From the NCBI GenBank assembly GCA_000934665.2, contig JYFJ02000843.1, positions 62,001-108,467 on the forward strand: a DNA stretch of 46,467 nucleotides, given 5' to 3'. Under the pieces are notes generated by a model. The model was not told where the DNA came from. It was given only the letters and a program-made list of their open reading frames with translations, and ran no database searches. Below, in pieces: positions 25,308-38,841 of the stretch. Numbering within the stretch: the stretch's first letter is position 1; each line of letters opens with the position of its first letter. The position numbers and the translations under genes were made by a program. This stretch comes from Catajapyx aquilonaris. Its lineage: Eukaryota.

Positions 25308-27914
25308 TCAGAGTTTGATTAACTTGTGATGAGACAGTAGAGCGAGAAACGATGCTCCTTTCGCTACCACCAAGTCGACAATGAAAGTAGGCGTAAAACC
25401 TGCAATTAACATGACAACTTTGTCAAAAGTCGATCCAGGAATGTAGTTCGTAGCAGGATATGTTGAATGGACGGCGTCTACCATGGAGTCCACCACTTCG
25501 GTTACGTCCGAGTTCTGCAAAAGAAAGTGTGGGTGCTTGTCAATAATCTCAATTATTATGGTTTTTTCATTGCTCTTATGATGATTTTTAAATATTAGTA
25601 GGCTATAGTATTTGCAAATGTGTTTTGTAAATGCTACAAAGGAGTGTAACACAGCTTTTCCGGAAAAAGTCATTCGCGACATTTTAATGCTTATATGATG
25701 CTTATGGTCAAATAAGGAAAACATCGCACTTCTCAGTTGTACTGACCCCTGTCACGATGAGCGCTACCGTTGCTGTGACTTGATCATCATAGTGAGGCTT
25801 GTCTTCTCTCCTTTTTGCTTTTCTTACTTTGGAGGCAGGAAGTATGTTGGTTCCTAAATTAGAGTTAAAGAGACAAAACACAGACAATTAAGTCATTAAC
25901 GCTTAACCCTATATAGCAAAAGCCTTAATGTAAATGGTTCTAATGGCCCTCGTAATAATCTTTTAGGGCATGATTATATGCACATCTTTCTGAGAGCGAC
26001 GTGTGACCTTTCATGAAGTTTCCAGCATCGATGGTGATCACTCGCACTCCATTCGGTGACAATTCCTGTCTGATGCACTCGGAGAAGCCCTTCAGGGCGT
26101 ATTTGGATGAACAGTATGCTGATGTGAGAGGAGTCCCCACAAGGCTGTATATGCTGCTTACATTCACAACACGGCCTATAGATTAAAAGGGATGGTATTT
26201 TTATGGTTGGAACTTGGAAGTTGGTTTTAGAGAGAGCCATCTCTGTAGGGAATATCCTGCTTCTGGCACACAGTCCGGATTGACCCGTTAAATGACATGT
26301 AGAATATTCCCTATTCATCATTCTTTACGTTGCGAATAAAAAAAATCTCAGAGAGACGAAGCACACTGCACAATAAGTTACAGCAAAACTGTCAAGTGTA
26401 TTACACTGTACACGCGATACTGACATCCAAGTCAGCGGTGACATGTTTCATTATTCTTACCGTTTGCTTTCTCAAGCAGAGGTAAAAAGGCTTTCGTCAT
26501 TCTGATATGCCCATAAAAGTTGACAGACATGACCTTTTCATAAGTTTCCATGGGGGTGTTTTCAAAGTAGCCTGGATCTGAAAACCCTGCATTGTTGATT
26601 AAGGCCCATAAGCCTGAAACATGGAAAAATTGGGATGTTATAAATTTATTAAGTAGATTCAAATAACTGTAAAAACATTACTTATATACTATGGTTGTCT
26701 CTCATTGATAAACTTACTTGAATAATGGGGCTTCTGCGGCATCTTTTCTTACTTTTGACAATATCCTTTGCTGCAGAAACCATTCTATACAATTATGAAA
26801 ATATTGTAACTCAAAACTACTGTGGCTACCTACAATAACTGTGTCCTGTAAACTTCTGTGGATGAAAGAGTTATTAGGACAATTTGTTAGAATTTCGTAA
26901 GACTTGTTTAATACTGCTCTACAAAATTGGGAGCCCAATCCGTGCCAGTTATTGTGGCAACATATTAAAAGATAGGTAAAACCTCCGATTATAATTACAT
27001 AGAGAAATGTTCATAATTTAGCTTATATATCACTATAATTATATCACTGGTGATTTTTCTCCTCTGACGAATTTCTTATATTGATAATAATTATTAGCTG
27101 TCAAAGTGAAACATGCCCATTATTAAAATTAATTTTCCAGACAATCAGGAATACCGGTAGTTGTATACTCGTAGTATTCCATTGAAAAAAGTTAAAAATA
27201 ATGAAGAGCATAATACAGTAGGCCTGCTGTACTGACACTGGTATTTTTTTCTTAATTGGCGCATGATTCTTATACAGATGGCATGCATGTAAGTTACCCA
27301 GTGCAATACGGCTTCTGGCAAGCCAAACCAACCTTTAGATATTGGTGATAGGTTGCTAGACACATATTTCAAAGCTTGTTGCACGTCCTTCTCTGACGTG
27401 ATGTCCAATTGGAAGACGTGAAATCTGTCCGATTGCAGTTCAAGCAGTTTGTTTACTCCGTCACATTTCAGCGACCGGCAGGTGGCAAACACGGTGAAGC
27501 CCTGTATGGGAGTACATACCACATATTTGCTTTTTTATTAACCATATACGATTACAGGTAATGACGATGTGAGGATAAAATCAGGTAACACTCACAATCT
27601 CATGTAATTTGCAGGCTGTAGCAAGACCAAATCCCGAACCACATCCTGTGATTAGCACTGCCTTTCCATTTGAGGTGAGCTGTATAAACCAAATTTGCGA
27701 CATGTCACTATCGATTTGATCATGAAACCATTCATAATAATACCTTTCGAGATCTCATGACCCATAACCAGACGCAGGTGATGGTTGCGTTTGCAAGCAG
27801 TGCACTTGGCATGCCGAATCCGAACAGAAGAACCATCATCGGAATAACCATCCATATTGCTAGGAAAGTTACCTTCTCCTTTAGGATGTCATTGTAGTCC
27901 GGAAAAAACGGCAT
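25308..27914 (-). CDS. SDR9C-like short-chain dehydrogenase, copy 2 (~352 aa)
   Basis: Exons 27914-27744, 27679-27596, 27501-27333, 26613-26461, 26175-26008, 25853-25747 and 25514-25308. TGCGSGFG, NNAG, YCSSK. Confidence 0.9.
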
Positions 27915-29983
27915 TCCCTAAAAAAAATATTTCAGCCTTTCTATATGAACCGATGTATTCATTCGATCATGATTAATTGATATAATAAAAAATGGTTAAA
28001 GCAATCAGCCCGATCATATGCGAATATTTGAAATGCAGAATAATATCAGAGGTTTACAAGCGAGTAGGCTGTATTTCTAAATATGAGGATTTTAAGTCCG
28101 AGGATTAACAGTTAGGGAATATATCGACGCATTTTTCTATGCGGTATAGTGTGATTGCTCTAGCAGAAAACTGAAGTACACCTCCCATTTACGGTATTTG
28201 GATTACTTTAAGAGATACATACCCAGAAGAAATTATTGAGACATACTGTACCGTATAATATAAGAAGTGCTTTTCAGGAAATAATTGCCGAATGACGGTG
28301 AATTGCAGCTGCACTTGTCTTAATTCTGTACTGGACTCTTGTGACTTCAGTGCGAAGAAAATAATTCATCATCTAGCTTGACTTCTGACCTTGGGATGCT
28401 ATCTCAAAAAACTGTTCTCAGTATGTTATAAGTTTATATAACCGGTTCTGTGTTTAATATCACGATTCCAGGGCATTTTCTCTTGATGATTACCTTTTTT
28501 AGAATCAAGATGATTATTTTTGATAACTCCAACTGATCCAAGACATTGAGCAACATGTTAATATATTATAAGTTGCTCAATATAAAGAGAAATAAGAATA
28601 TTATGCACAAGCAATATTCTTACTAAACCCTATAGCTTCATTTTGTCTCTATAACTCTCTAAATTTTTTGCCACTTGCGCACGTGAATTCATGTACAGTA
28701 CATAAGAAGGTTCTTTGTCTTTACCAGAAATCTAAGGCTATATACCCAAAGTGTCAACCACACTACTGCTGTATAATAAGAGTAACAAGGGAGTGATATC
28801 TAAATGCAAGAGCTTGAGAGGATATCTGCCATAGATTAAGGGGACTACGTATTTCAATTCAATCAAATTTTTTTATGCGGCACTGTGATTGTTCTAACAA
28901 AAAACCGAGGTGTACCATACAGTACTAGTAAAAACGTGTAACTCAAATTCAACCAAAAAATGCTTCTGACAGTTTTTTGCACCCAAAATCTCACAGGAAA
29001 TTGAGACATACCGTATACCTTATACGTAAGGTGTGTAGGTTTCTGTAAATATTACAGAATGACGATGAATTGCAGCTGCTCTTGTCTTAATTATTTACTG
29101 GACTCTAATGACTTCAGTGGGAAGGGGAAGAGTGCTTTGACAGATAGGCTAGTAAAAAACTTTGACCATGAAGTTTTCACTCTTTTGACCTTGGAATGCT
29201 CTCTCAACTATGAATTCCGGTTATTACCACTGATATTTATGTTACCACATGTGCATGTGAAGATCAACAGTATTCCTATTTTTAAATGTCCTGACCAGTC
29301 CTAACACCCTTCTCCTCATGTTTTGCCTGCTGTCATTACCTGCAGCCTGGAAAACGGAAGTGTTGCAACTTGTTTTGGCATTTGTAATTTCTATTCAAGT
29401 ATTTCTTTCATCGCCAAGAAAATAATAGGATGGAATAAGGCAGCCAACTGACGCTCGGGTTCAAACGGAATCGATTGTTTATGGGATTTGGACGGGTTTG
29501 GCCATATTTCGAGATGATTTACCCTCCGCTTCCTCATTACTGACCTGAGATAATGTCACCTTGTTTTTTTTTCTTTTAAATAGGGTTTACCGTGTATTTT
29601 AATTTAAAGTGCCATCTCACAATAAGGTGTAGCAGGCAATGTCCTATGCGAAGGAAGTGTGGTTTGCATCAGCACCAACGAAATCATTGACTATCTCACT
29701 GATCATTAACGAGGCAGCAGAAACCACATCTCTATCCCCTGGTGCCCACCAGTTCACCTTATTATACTCTTTATATAGGCTTACAAGTTAGACCGTCATC
29801 CGTATGATTAATGAACATCCTACTACACTGGAAACGGAGACGCAATTGACTAATAATTTGCCACACAAAAAGGCAGAAGGCTTGTGGTCATAATTTCTGC
29901 TGCTGATTTGAATTTCATGCTTACGAGTATTTATTGGTGTGAATCACGGTACAGTGATCATCTATACTGAAGTGTTCTCTGAT

Positions 29984-32900
29984 TCAATGTTTGATAAACT
30001 TGTAGTGAGTCAAGAGAGCGATCAACGATGCTCCTTTCTCTGTCATCAAGTCCGAAATAAACGTAGGAATTAATCCCGCAGATAACATGAGAAGCTTGTC
30101 AAAAGTCGACCCAGGAATGTAGTTCGTAGCAGGGTAAGTTGAATGCACGGCGTCCACCATGGAGTCCACCACTTGGCTAACGTCCGATTTCTGCAAAAGA
30201 GAGTTTGGGGACTTGTCAATAACTTATTAATAGTGCATTGGTCATATAAAATCATATAAGGTCATATAAAATTGGTCATTATGAAAACTGAAGCGCGATG
30301 AAAAATTACTGTATTATTTCAGAATTAGTATAAAAAGTTGCAAATCCAGAAATGTGTGTAACAAGTCTTGTCCTGGGAAACTCCAACTGTTACTTTTATT
30401 TGCGACATTTTAAAACTTCTGGCGGCCAAATGTAGAAGCAAGTTTAATGCCACCAAAGAGAAACATCGCACAGCTCGGTACTGACCCCAATGGAGTATGC
30501 TGCTGCGTACGTTGCTCTCATTTTTTCATCGTATGGGTACTTTTCTTCTAGCCACTTCGCTTCTTCTACCTCGGGGGAAGGACTTAGGTTGGTTCCTAAA
30601 TAATTGGAGAAAGACACACAACACACAATTAAAATGCCACAAACAAATGGAGGCCATTTTTTTCCTTTCAGATATAGTAGTTCACTGTAGTAATTGGGCA
30701 AGAACAGGTATAAAATTTAGGGGAGAGAAAAATGTAAGTATTTCATTCACTGAGTGTCATATTCATATACGAATCACAACCTCGTTTTTATGCAGGACAC
30801 GACAATAAGACGAAGACAGTAATAATATTTCGGCGATTTATCATGCTAAAGGAAAGAGTGACAAAAATATTCAGCATAATTATTTTCTCTGCAGTAATAA
30901 AGCACAGGGACCGAATGTGTCGTGATGATTGTCCTCCAAATAATAATTATCCTCCAAATATCGTTAGTCATCTCCGTGGCATAAATAGTTCTAAGTTAAT
31001 TAACCTTCGTGATTAGATGAACATCCTTATGTAGGCTACAGTATAACGGATCCATAGTAAAATGCTACCTTTTACAAAGTTCCCAGGATCGATGGTAATC
31101 ACTCGCATTCCTTTCGGTGACAATTCCTTCCGGATGCACTCGGAGAAGCCCTTCAGAGCCCATTTTGACGCAACGTACGCTGATAGAAAAGGTCCTCCAG
31201 TATGGCTGAATATGCTACATACGTTCACAACACGACCTAAAAGGAAATGGGTTGTTTTGAGCGCGGGAAGTTATTTCCTCATATAAAGATGCAGTAAAAT
31301 TTATTAATATACATAAATACGTATGCTAGATTACGTTAGAAAAAGCCTTGCAGAAAATATCCTGCGTGTCACACATAACATCACATCGTGATTATCATCC
31401 GGATTGACGCATGATATGACACGTATAGAATATCCCCTATGCAGTGATGGGGAGTATCTAGATAAAAGTATCTAGATACCGTATCTAGATACCAAAATGA
31501 GTATCTTTTATCTTATCTAGATAATTTGAAGTTTGTGTATCTATACTTGTATCTAGCTACTTTACACATAGCATCTGATGGCACCACCAGATACTTTTCC
31601 AGATACTTTTCCAGATACTTTTTAGGCGATTTTTCTGATGAAAACATGATTCCCCTACACAGAAATAAATGCAGTAATGCACCGTTCCGCACTGGGGGTC
31701 AAATTTACACTCCAAGGCGGAACAGATTGAGTGATGAGCATTTTGAGGCCCTTCTCATAATGAAGTGTTGTATGCATGATATTGCTTAATGGTGCTGGTG
31801 GAATCATCCCTTAGCTAGTTAGCTTCTGGCTTTTGTCTGTGAGCAGTCACAGACAATATTACTGTACAAAGGTTTAATTTTTCATTACCAGACTGGATAA
31901 TAAAACATTGTAAAATTGATAGCACTCATAGCAGTAGATTGTAGAGTAGCTTATTATACTACAGTGCCAAACAAATAAACTATTTAACTTTACATAATTA
32001 TATGTTTCAATCCACAGTGAACCAGAGTATAATATGTTATTGAGCAGAGTTTCCCAAACTGTGCTCCGTGAAGCTTCTCCAAGTGCTCCGCGAAGAGGTT
32101 GGGGAAAAAAATGGAATTCTTAAATAAGCTATATCCATTCAAATATCTCAGTAGCTTGTGTGACCTTGAACCCAACATTTTTCGCCTGCGGCGCCCTTTC
32201 GCCACTCACCTTCCCATTTACTTATTTGGCACTGCCCCCACCCCCCTCCGCCCCAGAATTTTTTTTGCTTACGCAGTTCAATGATGTTAGTGCTCCGTCA
32301 CAAATGTCTCTCCTGAAAAGTGCTCCGTGATTCAAAAAGTTTGGGAACCTCTGTTATTGAGGATGACAAATAAGTCAAATGAAATATATTCGCACGTGCC
32401 TGCGAGTCAGTATATCGTATATGAAGTTGTATGGAAGGTATCTGAAATTGTATCTTATCTATTATCTAGATACAATGTTGAACGAGTATCTAGTACAGTA
32501 TCTAGATGGAAATATTTCCAAGTATCTATTATCTGATCTAGATACTTTTTGAAAGTATCTTCCCCATCACTGCCCCTATGCAGCATTCTTTAGGTTGCGA
32601 ATAATAATAAAAAAATCATAGAGAGAAGTTACGAGGCATCCAGCACAATACAACCTCATTTTCATGCATATGTATATACTCGATAGTGCGATCCATGTAC
32701 AACACACCACAATGGTGACATGTTCCATTACTTACCGTTTGCTTTCTCAAGCAGAGTTAAAAAGGTTTTCGTCATTCTAATGTGTCCAGAAAGGTTGACG
32801 GCCAGGATTTTTCCATAAGTTTCCATCGACGTATTTTCACAGTTGCATATATCCATAATTCCTGCGTTGTTGATTAAGGCCCACAATCCTGAGACATTGA

Positions 32901-34466
32901 GATGAAGTGCATATTATATTTAAGCGTAATGTAGATTTAATTAATGTGGAAAATACCGCACAGTACTTGTATATGTATATTGATTGGCACACATTGATAA
33001 AACTTGAATAATGGGGTTCCTATTAGTTCATATATTTTATTACTTTTGCCAATGTTCTTTGCTGCATAAACCATTATAAACTATGCCAGTATTATTGAAC
33101 CCCAATTTTTGGCAAATGTACGCAAATGTACGCAAATGTACGCAAATGTACAAATGTACATAGTACATTTGTCTATACTGTAATTGCTGAAGCAATAATA
33201 TGTCGTTGAAAGTTCTTAGGGATATTTGTTTTACATTATGTATTATACGGTACTTCCAGGCTTTTGTTGCATTTTCTGTCTCTGTATATAGAGTACATGC
33301 TCTTGAACGTGATTGTATGACCTCACATTGTTTCAAATTAATTTTAAACAGTGAAGCAAAATAAGTGTCAACAGTGTAAAAGAAAATAGGTAAAACCTGT
33401 AATTATGTGCCGAGATGTTCATAATGCAGCATAATTGGTAATTTTTCTTCGACTTATCGATTTCCTAAATTCAGCTGTCAACATGAAATATGTAGTACAC
33501 AACTAAAACGGATTCTTCAAATATTCACGAATAGTCGTAGTATGCCATTAAATTGAATAATTGTGATTAATTTTGTGAATTGAATTGAAATTGAGAAGTT
33601 ATTATGAATATTGCCATCCTATAATACGCATTAACCTCTATTTCTAGTGATTTACTGTGTGGGGGAAGTTCAACCTACTGTACTTCAAAATTTAAAATAG
33701 GGATTATTATTTATCGATTCAGTTTTAAGTTTGCAAATTATTTAGTCCATAACAACTGAAGCTTGGCGCGACATAGATTACACAACATTCTTCATTGTCG
33801 CATAATTCTTACAAGTGGAATTAAGGTAAATGTTTCAGGCTGCCCAGTGCAACAAGGCTTATGAAGAACCAAACCCACCTTTAGATTTTGGTGACCGGTT
33901 GCTAGACACGTATTGAAAAGCTTGTTGCACGTCTTTCTCTGACGTGATGTCCAATTGGAAGACGTGAAATTTGTCCGACTGCAGTTCAAGCAGTTTGTTC
34001 ACACCTTCACCTTCCAGCGATAGGCAGGTGGCAAACACGGTGAAGCCCTGCATGAGAGTACATACCACATAATTATTTACATCGTGTTAACCGTAAATAG
34101 GTTTCAGATGATTGTGAGGAGATCATTCTGGCAAAACTCACAAGCTCATGCAATTTGCAGGCTGTAGCAAGACCAAATCCCGAACCACATCCTGTGATTA
34201 GCACTGCCTTTCCATTTGATGCGAGCTGTAAATTATAAACAAAATTATGACATGTCACAACCGGTTAGAGCATAAAACCATTCATATACCTTTCGAGATC
34301 TCATGATCCACATCCAGATGGAAGAAATTGTTAAAATTACAAGGAGTGCGCTTGGTATACGACCGCATCCAAACAGGAGAAGCATCACTGTCGGAGTAAC
34401 AGTCCATATTGCTAGGAAAGTGAGCTTCTCTTTAAGGATGTCATTGTAGTCCGGAAAAAATGGCAT
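29984..34466 (-). CDS. SDR9C-like short-chain dehydrogenase, copy 3 (~355 aa)
   Basis: Exons 34466-34290, 34225-34142, 34047-33879, 32888-32736, 31236-31069, 30595-30486 and 30190-29984. TGCGSGFG, NNAG, YVASK. Confidence 0.9.
31442..32572 (+). mobile_element. Internally deleted hAT transposon in intron 4 of SDR copy 3
   Basis: TIR cagtgatgggga...tccccatcactg, 8-bp TSD cccctatg, many subterminal gtatctagatac repeats, and a remnant of the hAT C-terminal dimerisation domain FRTGGQIYTPRRNRLSDEHFEALLIMK (~31685-31765). Confidence 0.92.
32045..32353. mobile_element. Second hAT-type MITE (309 bp) nested inside the first
   Basis: TIR cagagtttcccaaact...agtttgggaacctctg, 8-bp TSD ttattgag, repeated gtgctccg motifs. 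Confidence 0.9.
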
Positions 34467-34624
34467 GTCCTAAAAAGGAATTTGGCATACTTACTATATA
34501 TTCGCTAATATATGATTCATTTGATAAAGATTATCTGAAAATATTTGGAGGTCGAGACAGATGAATCGATTACATACGAAGATATGAAAAGTTAGGAACT
34601 ATCAGTCACAAGCGAGTGCTTTAA

Positions 34625-35425
34625 CCCCTTCAGCCCCAGATCGGCCCGAACCACACAGTTTTTGGCTTACGCGTACTCCGAAGATACGGACAAGATATTT
34701 TGCAAATAATAACAGCTATACTTACGAGATCTGGGAAAACCCTATGAATGTGTCTGGAACCATTTTACTCGTCTAGAAGTCCCTAAATTAATTTCCAAAA
34801 AAGGGCTATAATAACTCGAAATTGGACTACTGCCGCCCAACTTTGAGGCTGATTTAATTATGAAATGCGTGAAAATATGCGGAATACCAACTTTGAGAAC
34901 CATACCAGAGGAATTTGCTGAAATCGTCGTACTTTGCGAGAAATTAATTAATACTTATTTGCAGCTTTCTGGCACTTCGGAAAACTCCGCATACGGTTCT
35001 CCAAGGTAAAATTATGAAATATGTTAAAATATCCTGAATATGTACCTAGAGAACGTTGGAGTTTTCCGAAGTGTCAGAAAGCTGCAAATAAGTATTAATT
35101 TATTTCTCGCAAAGCACGACGATTTCAGCAAATTCCTCTGGTATGGTTCTCAAGGTTGTTATGCCGCATATTTTCACGCATTTCATAATTAAATCAGCCT
35201 AAAAGTTGGGCGGCAGTAGTCCAATTTCGGGTTATTATAGCCCCTTTTTGGAAATTAATTTAGGGACTTCTAGACGAGTAAAATGGTTCCAGACACATTC
35301 ATAGGGTTTTCCCAGATCTCATAAGTATAGCTGTTATTATTTGCAAAATATCTTGTCCGTATCTTCGGAGTACGCGTAAGCTGAAAACTGTGTGGTTCGC
35401 TCGGGCCGATCTGGGGCTGAAGGGG
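34625..35425. mobile_element. piggyBac-type foldback MITE (801 bp, ~365-bp inverted arms)
   Basis: TTAA TSD on both sides (34621-34624 and 35426-35429), CCC...GGG termini, near-perfect arms 34625-34988 and 35058-35425. Confidence 0.92.
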
Positions 35426-36606
35426 TTAAGAAATACACACTGTACAAACCCATCAGATGTAAGAGAAACATACCGTAATGTATAGTGTACGTAGTATTGA
35501 CAAGTTGATTTCTGAAAATTATTGAATGACTGAATTGCAGATGAACTTGTCTCACTTCTCTGCTGGACTAGTACTGTATAGTTCTTTTCGTAAAATTCAT
35601 CAGCTAGCTTTCCTACTGACCTTCGGATGCTCTTTCAAAAAGGCATATGTACGTATTATCGGTCTATTTATTGCTATATTTAATATCACGATTCCAGACC
35701 TCCGTGATGATTACCTCCTAGATGATTATCAAAAAGAGGAATACTGTTGGTTTTTTGTGAATCAATGTGATTATGCTGTAACTGCAACTCAAGCAAGGTA
35801 TTGAGTAACGTTAATTAAAATGTTGCTCAAACAAAGAGAAAAAATGATTTTGCGCAATGAATTTTCCTAAGCCTCATTGCTTCATTGTACGATAAGTCTG
35901 TAAACATTTTAATTACTTGCGCACGAGGATTACTTTCATTATTAAGCCTATAAGAAACTGTTTTCATTTTACCAGAAATCTAAGGTTCCCCAGAGTGTGA
36001 ACCATATAGGACAGACATGTTTTATTGGTAAATAAGATTATGTTATGGTAATATAACTTACCATAATTATGTTTCATACCAACCATCATTTTAGAATGAG
36101 GTATATAGGCTGACACGTGCAGACTGCATGTCGCATCCATGAAAATAATAAGTTAATGCATAATTATTACAACAGACATTTATTGCAAGAATAATTATTA
36201 ACTTATTATACATTTAAAAAAATACAGGATGGGGCAAAAGATATGCACTTCCTTTATTATACCGAGGTTCTTATAGAGGTAGTCCAAGGCGAAAATTAGC
36301 TTAATTGATTTTGGTGATCTCCATTTTATTAATACTGGCACAGTGCATGTGGATGGAAGTCATCCCACATCTTCCCTTGCTATATGGGCCATCTGATGTA
36401 CAGAATGACACCCTTACACACTATCGATCAAAAAAGGTTTAGCCATTATGATACAGCCATATAAATCTGGATTCAAACGCCATACTGCTGCTTTTCAAAA
36501 TTTTTGAAATCAATGTGTAACTGTTAATAAAATGATTTATCTGTGCTCAAATTAGTTTGTTTTGCTTCACCTAATGTTGTAGAGAAAACAATTACTCGGA
36601 CCATTG

Positions 36607-38589
36607 TTATTTGGTATTGCCTTTATTGCGTATTTCATTGTTTACATTGTCTACTAGCCTAGTCTTGGCTATCTTTTTATGATAGATCAGAATAAGTAAC
36701 TCGATGTATGTTCCTAGCAGAGCGTCCCAAAATACACCAGGCCAACACCCAGCTGTGGTCATGATGAATTGATCGACTATGGATCCAGGAATGTAGTTTG
36801 TTGCAGGCCAAACCGAACTAACCGCGTCTACCATCGAGTTTATGACGCTTCTTATGTCTGAGGTCTGCAAAAGAGAGAGCAGAACGTTAGTGGAATATTT
36901 ATCATTAATTGTTACAATAACAGTGACTGTACTTTATTTCTTGACATGACATAACATCATATCTATGTACAATATTGATATTTTTGGATATGTAGCCTAC
37001 ACTATAACTTTATAGTATAAGATCTTTAGAGATTTTCGTACATACCCCAGCCATGATAACTGATCTTTTGACTAAATATTCAAATTCGTCATGGTGGCAT
37101 TTGGAGATGCCTATTTCTTGTCGGTCTTTTGGCTCAGGATACAAATTAGTGGCTGAAATAAAGTGGCGCATAATTATATTCATATTGGCAAAGAGAGGGC
37201 CATGACATTGGAAGCAGTGTAAACCGTAAATAGGGAAATATACAATCACAGTTTTAATAATATTGGTATAGTCAGAAATAGGAACTGCCCAACTGAGAGT
37301 GACACTATAGTATTTACAATAATTATTCATATAGTGCTATACTTTAACAGTCACTGAAGATCATCAGGTCCGTGAAAGACAAAGAGAAAAATGCTATTTA
37401 TAATGATATTGTGTGATAATTAATATTGTGCAAGAGATTCTGAGTTTTTGCAAGGTTCCCTGAGGAATCAAAAATTTATTATTTCTGACAAAATAATGGG
37501 CATACTGTTTTCCGATGTAAATTGCTCTACATATTGCTATTCCTCATCTACACAAGTTACAAACCTGAAAGAAAGTTCCCAGGATCTATGGTAATCACAC
37601 GGATTCCTTTGCGTGCCAGTTCACTTCTGATGCACTCGGAGAAACCCTTCAAAGCCCACTTGGACGAACAGTATGCTGAACCAAACAGGAGTCCGATGCG
37701 ACTAAGGATGCTGCAAACATTTACAAGACGGCCTGAAACGACATTGGCGACTTCGTAATATAGGATCTGCAAAACTTACCATTGCTCTTTTCCAGTAGAG
37801 GCAGAAATGCTTTCGTCATTCTGACCTGCCCGTGGAAGTTGACAGCCATGATGTTTTCATACGTTTCAACTGGCATGTCTTGGACATTGCAAAAGTCGGC
37901 AATGGCCCCATTGTTGATTACTGCCCATAATCCTGGGGAATTGAGAAGCAGCGAGTAATGAGGGAAAACTCGAATAGTGAATTGATCAAGTTTTAGCGAA
38001 AAATGCCTATTGTTTTGCAATGCGAATATTATGGCATCGTGATGGTCAAAAATACCAATCATATAATACTTTTCACAGTCTAATGTCCAGTATTCCATGG
38101 GGAATTGCAGCCGAGCTGTACAGTGTGGGTCAGTACCTCCGTGAACTTATTACATGTGATGAAGTGTCATTAATGCAGGTGTACATACAACAAGAAGGTA
38201 GAATATAACCCACCTTCTACTGGCAGGTTGCTGGACACGTACTGTACAGCCTGTTGTACGCTCTCCTCTGAGGTCACGTCCAGTTGGAAGACATGAAATC
38301 TGTCTGACTTCATTTCAAGAAGCTTGGCCACACCATCACCTTTTAGCGAGCGGCATGTGGCAAACACTATAAATCCCTGCAAGACACGACAAGAAGCTAT
38401 ACTGATGCTTATGTCTTCTCATTTAGTTATTAGCTCTTGCATTTACTTACAAGCTCATGCAGTGCAAAGGCCGTAGCATGACCGAATCCTGCACCACATC
38501 CTGATATGAGCACACCCTTGCCTTCTGGATTGAGCTGCATCATTATCATCATCATCAGGAGCAGCAGCAGCAGCAGCAACAACAACACC

Positions 38590-38658
<69 letters not shown>

Positions 38659-38841
38659 CTTTTTCGACCTCAGGAACCAAATCCAGCAGCAGAAGAAAAC
38701 AGGGGTTGTGATGATGTAAATGATTATTGCACTTTGCATTCTGAATCCAAATATGAAGAGCAAGAATGGGGAAGTGAAGAATATTGATAGGAGAGTCCAC
38801 TTCTTTTTAAATATATCGTGGTAGTTTGGAAAGAATGCCAT
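36607..38841 (-). CDS. SDR9C-like short-chain dehydrogenase, copy 4 (~371 aa)
   Basis: Exons 38841-38659, 38534-38451, 38376-38214, 37932-37780, 37732-37565, 37152-37046 and 36864-36607. SGCGAGFG, NNGA, YCSSK. Confidence 0.88.
38538..38657. repeat. Compound trinucleotide microsatellite (ATC/AGC/AAC/AAT) filling intron 1 of SDR copy 4
   Basis: Directly visible. Confidence 0.97.
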
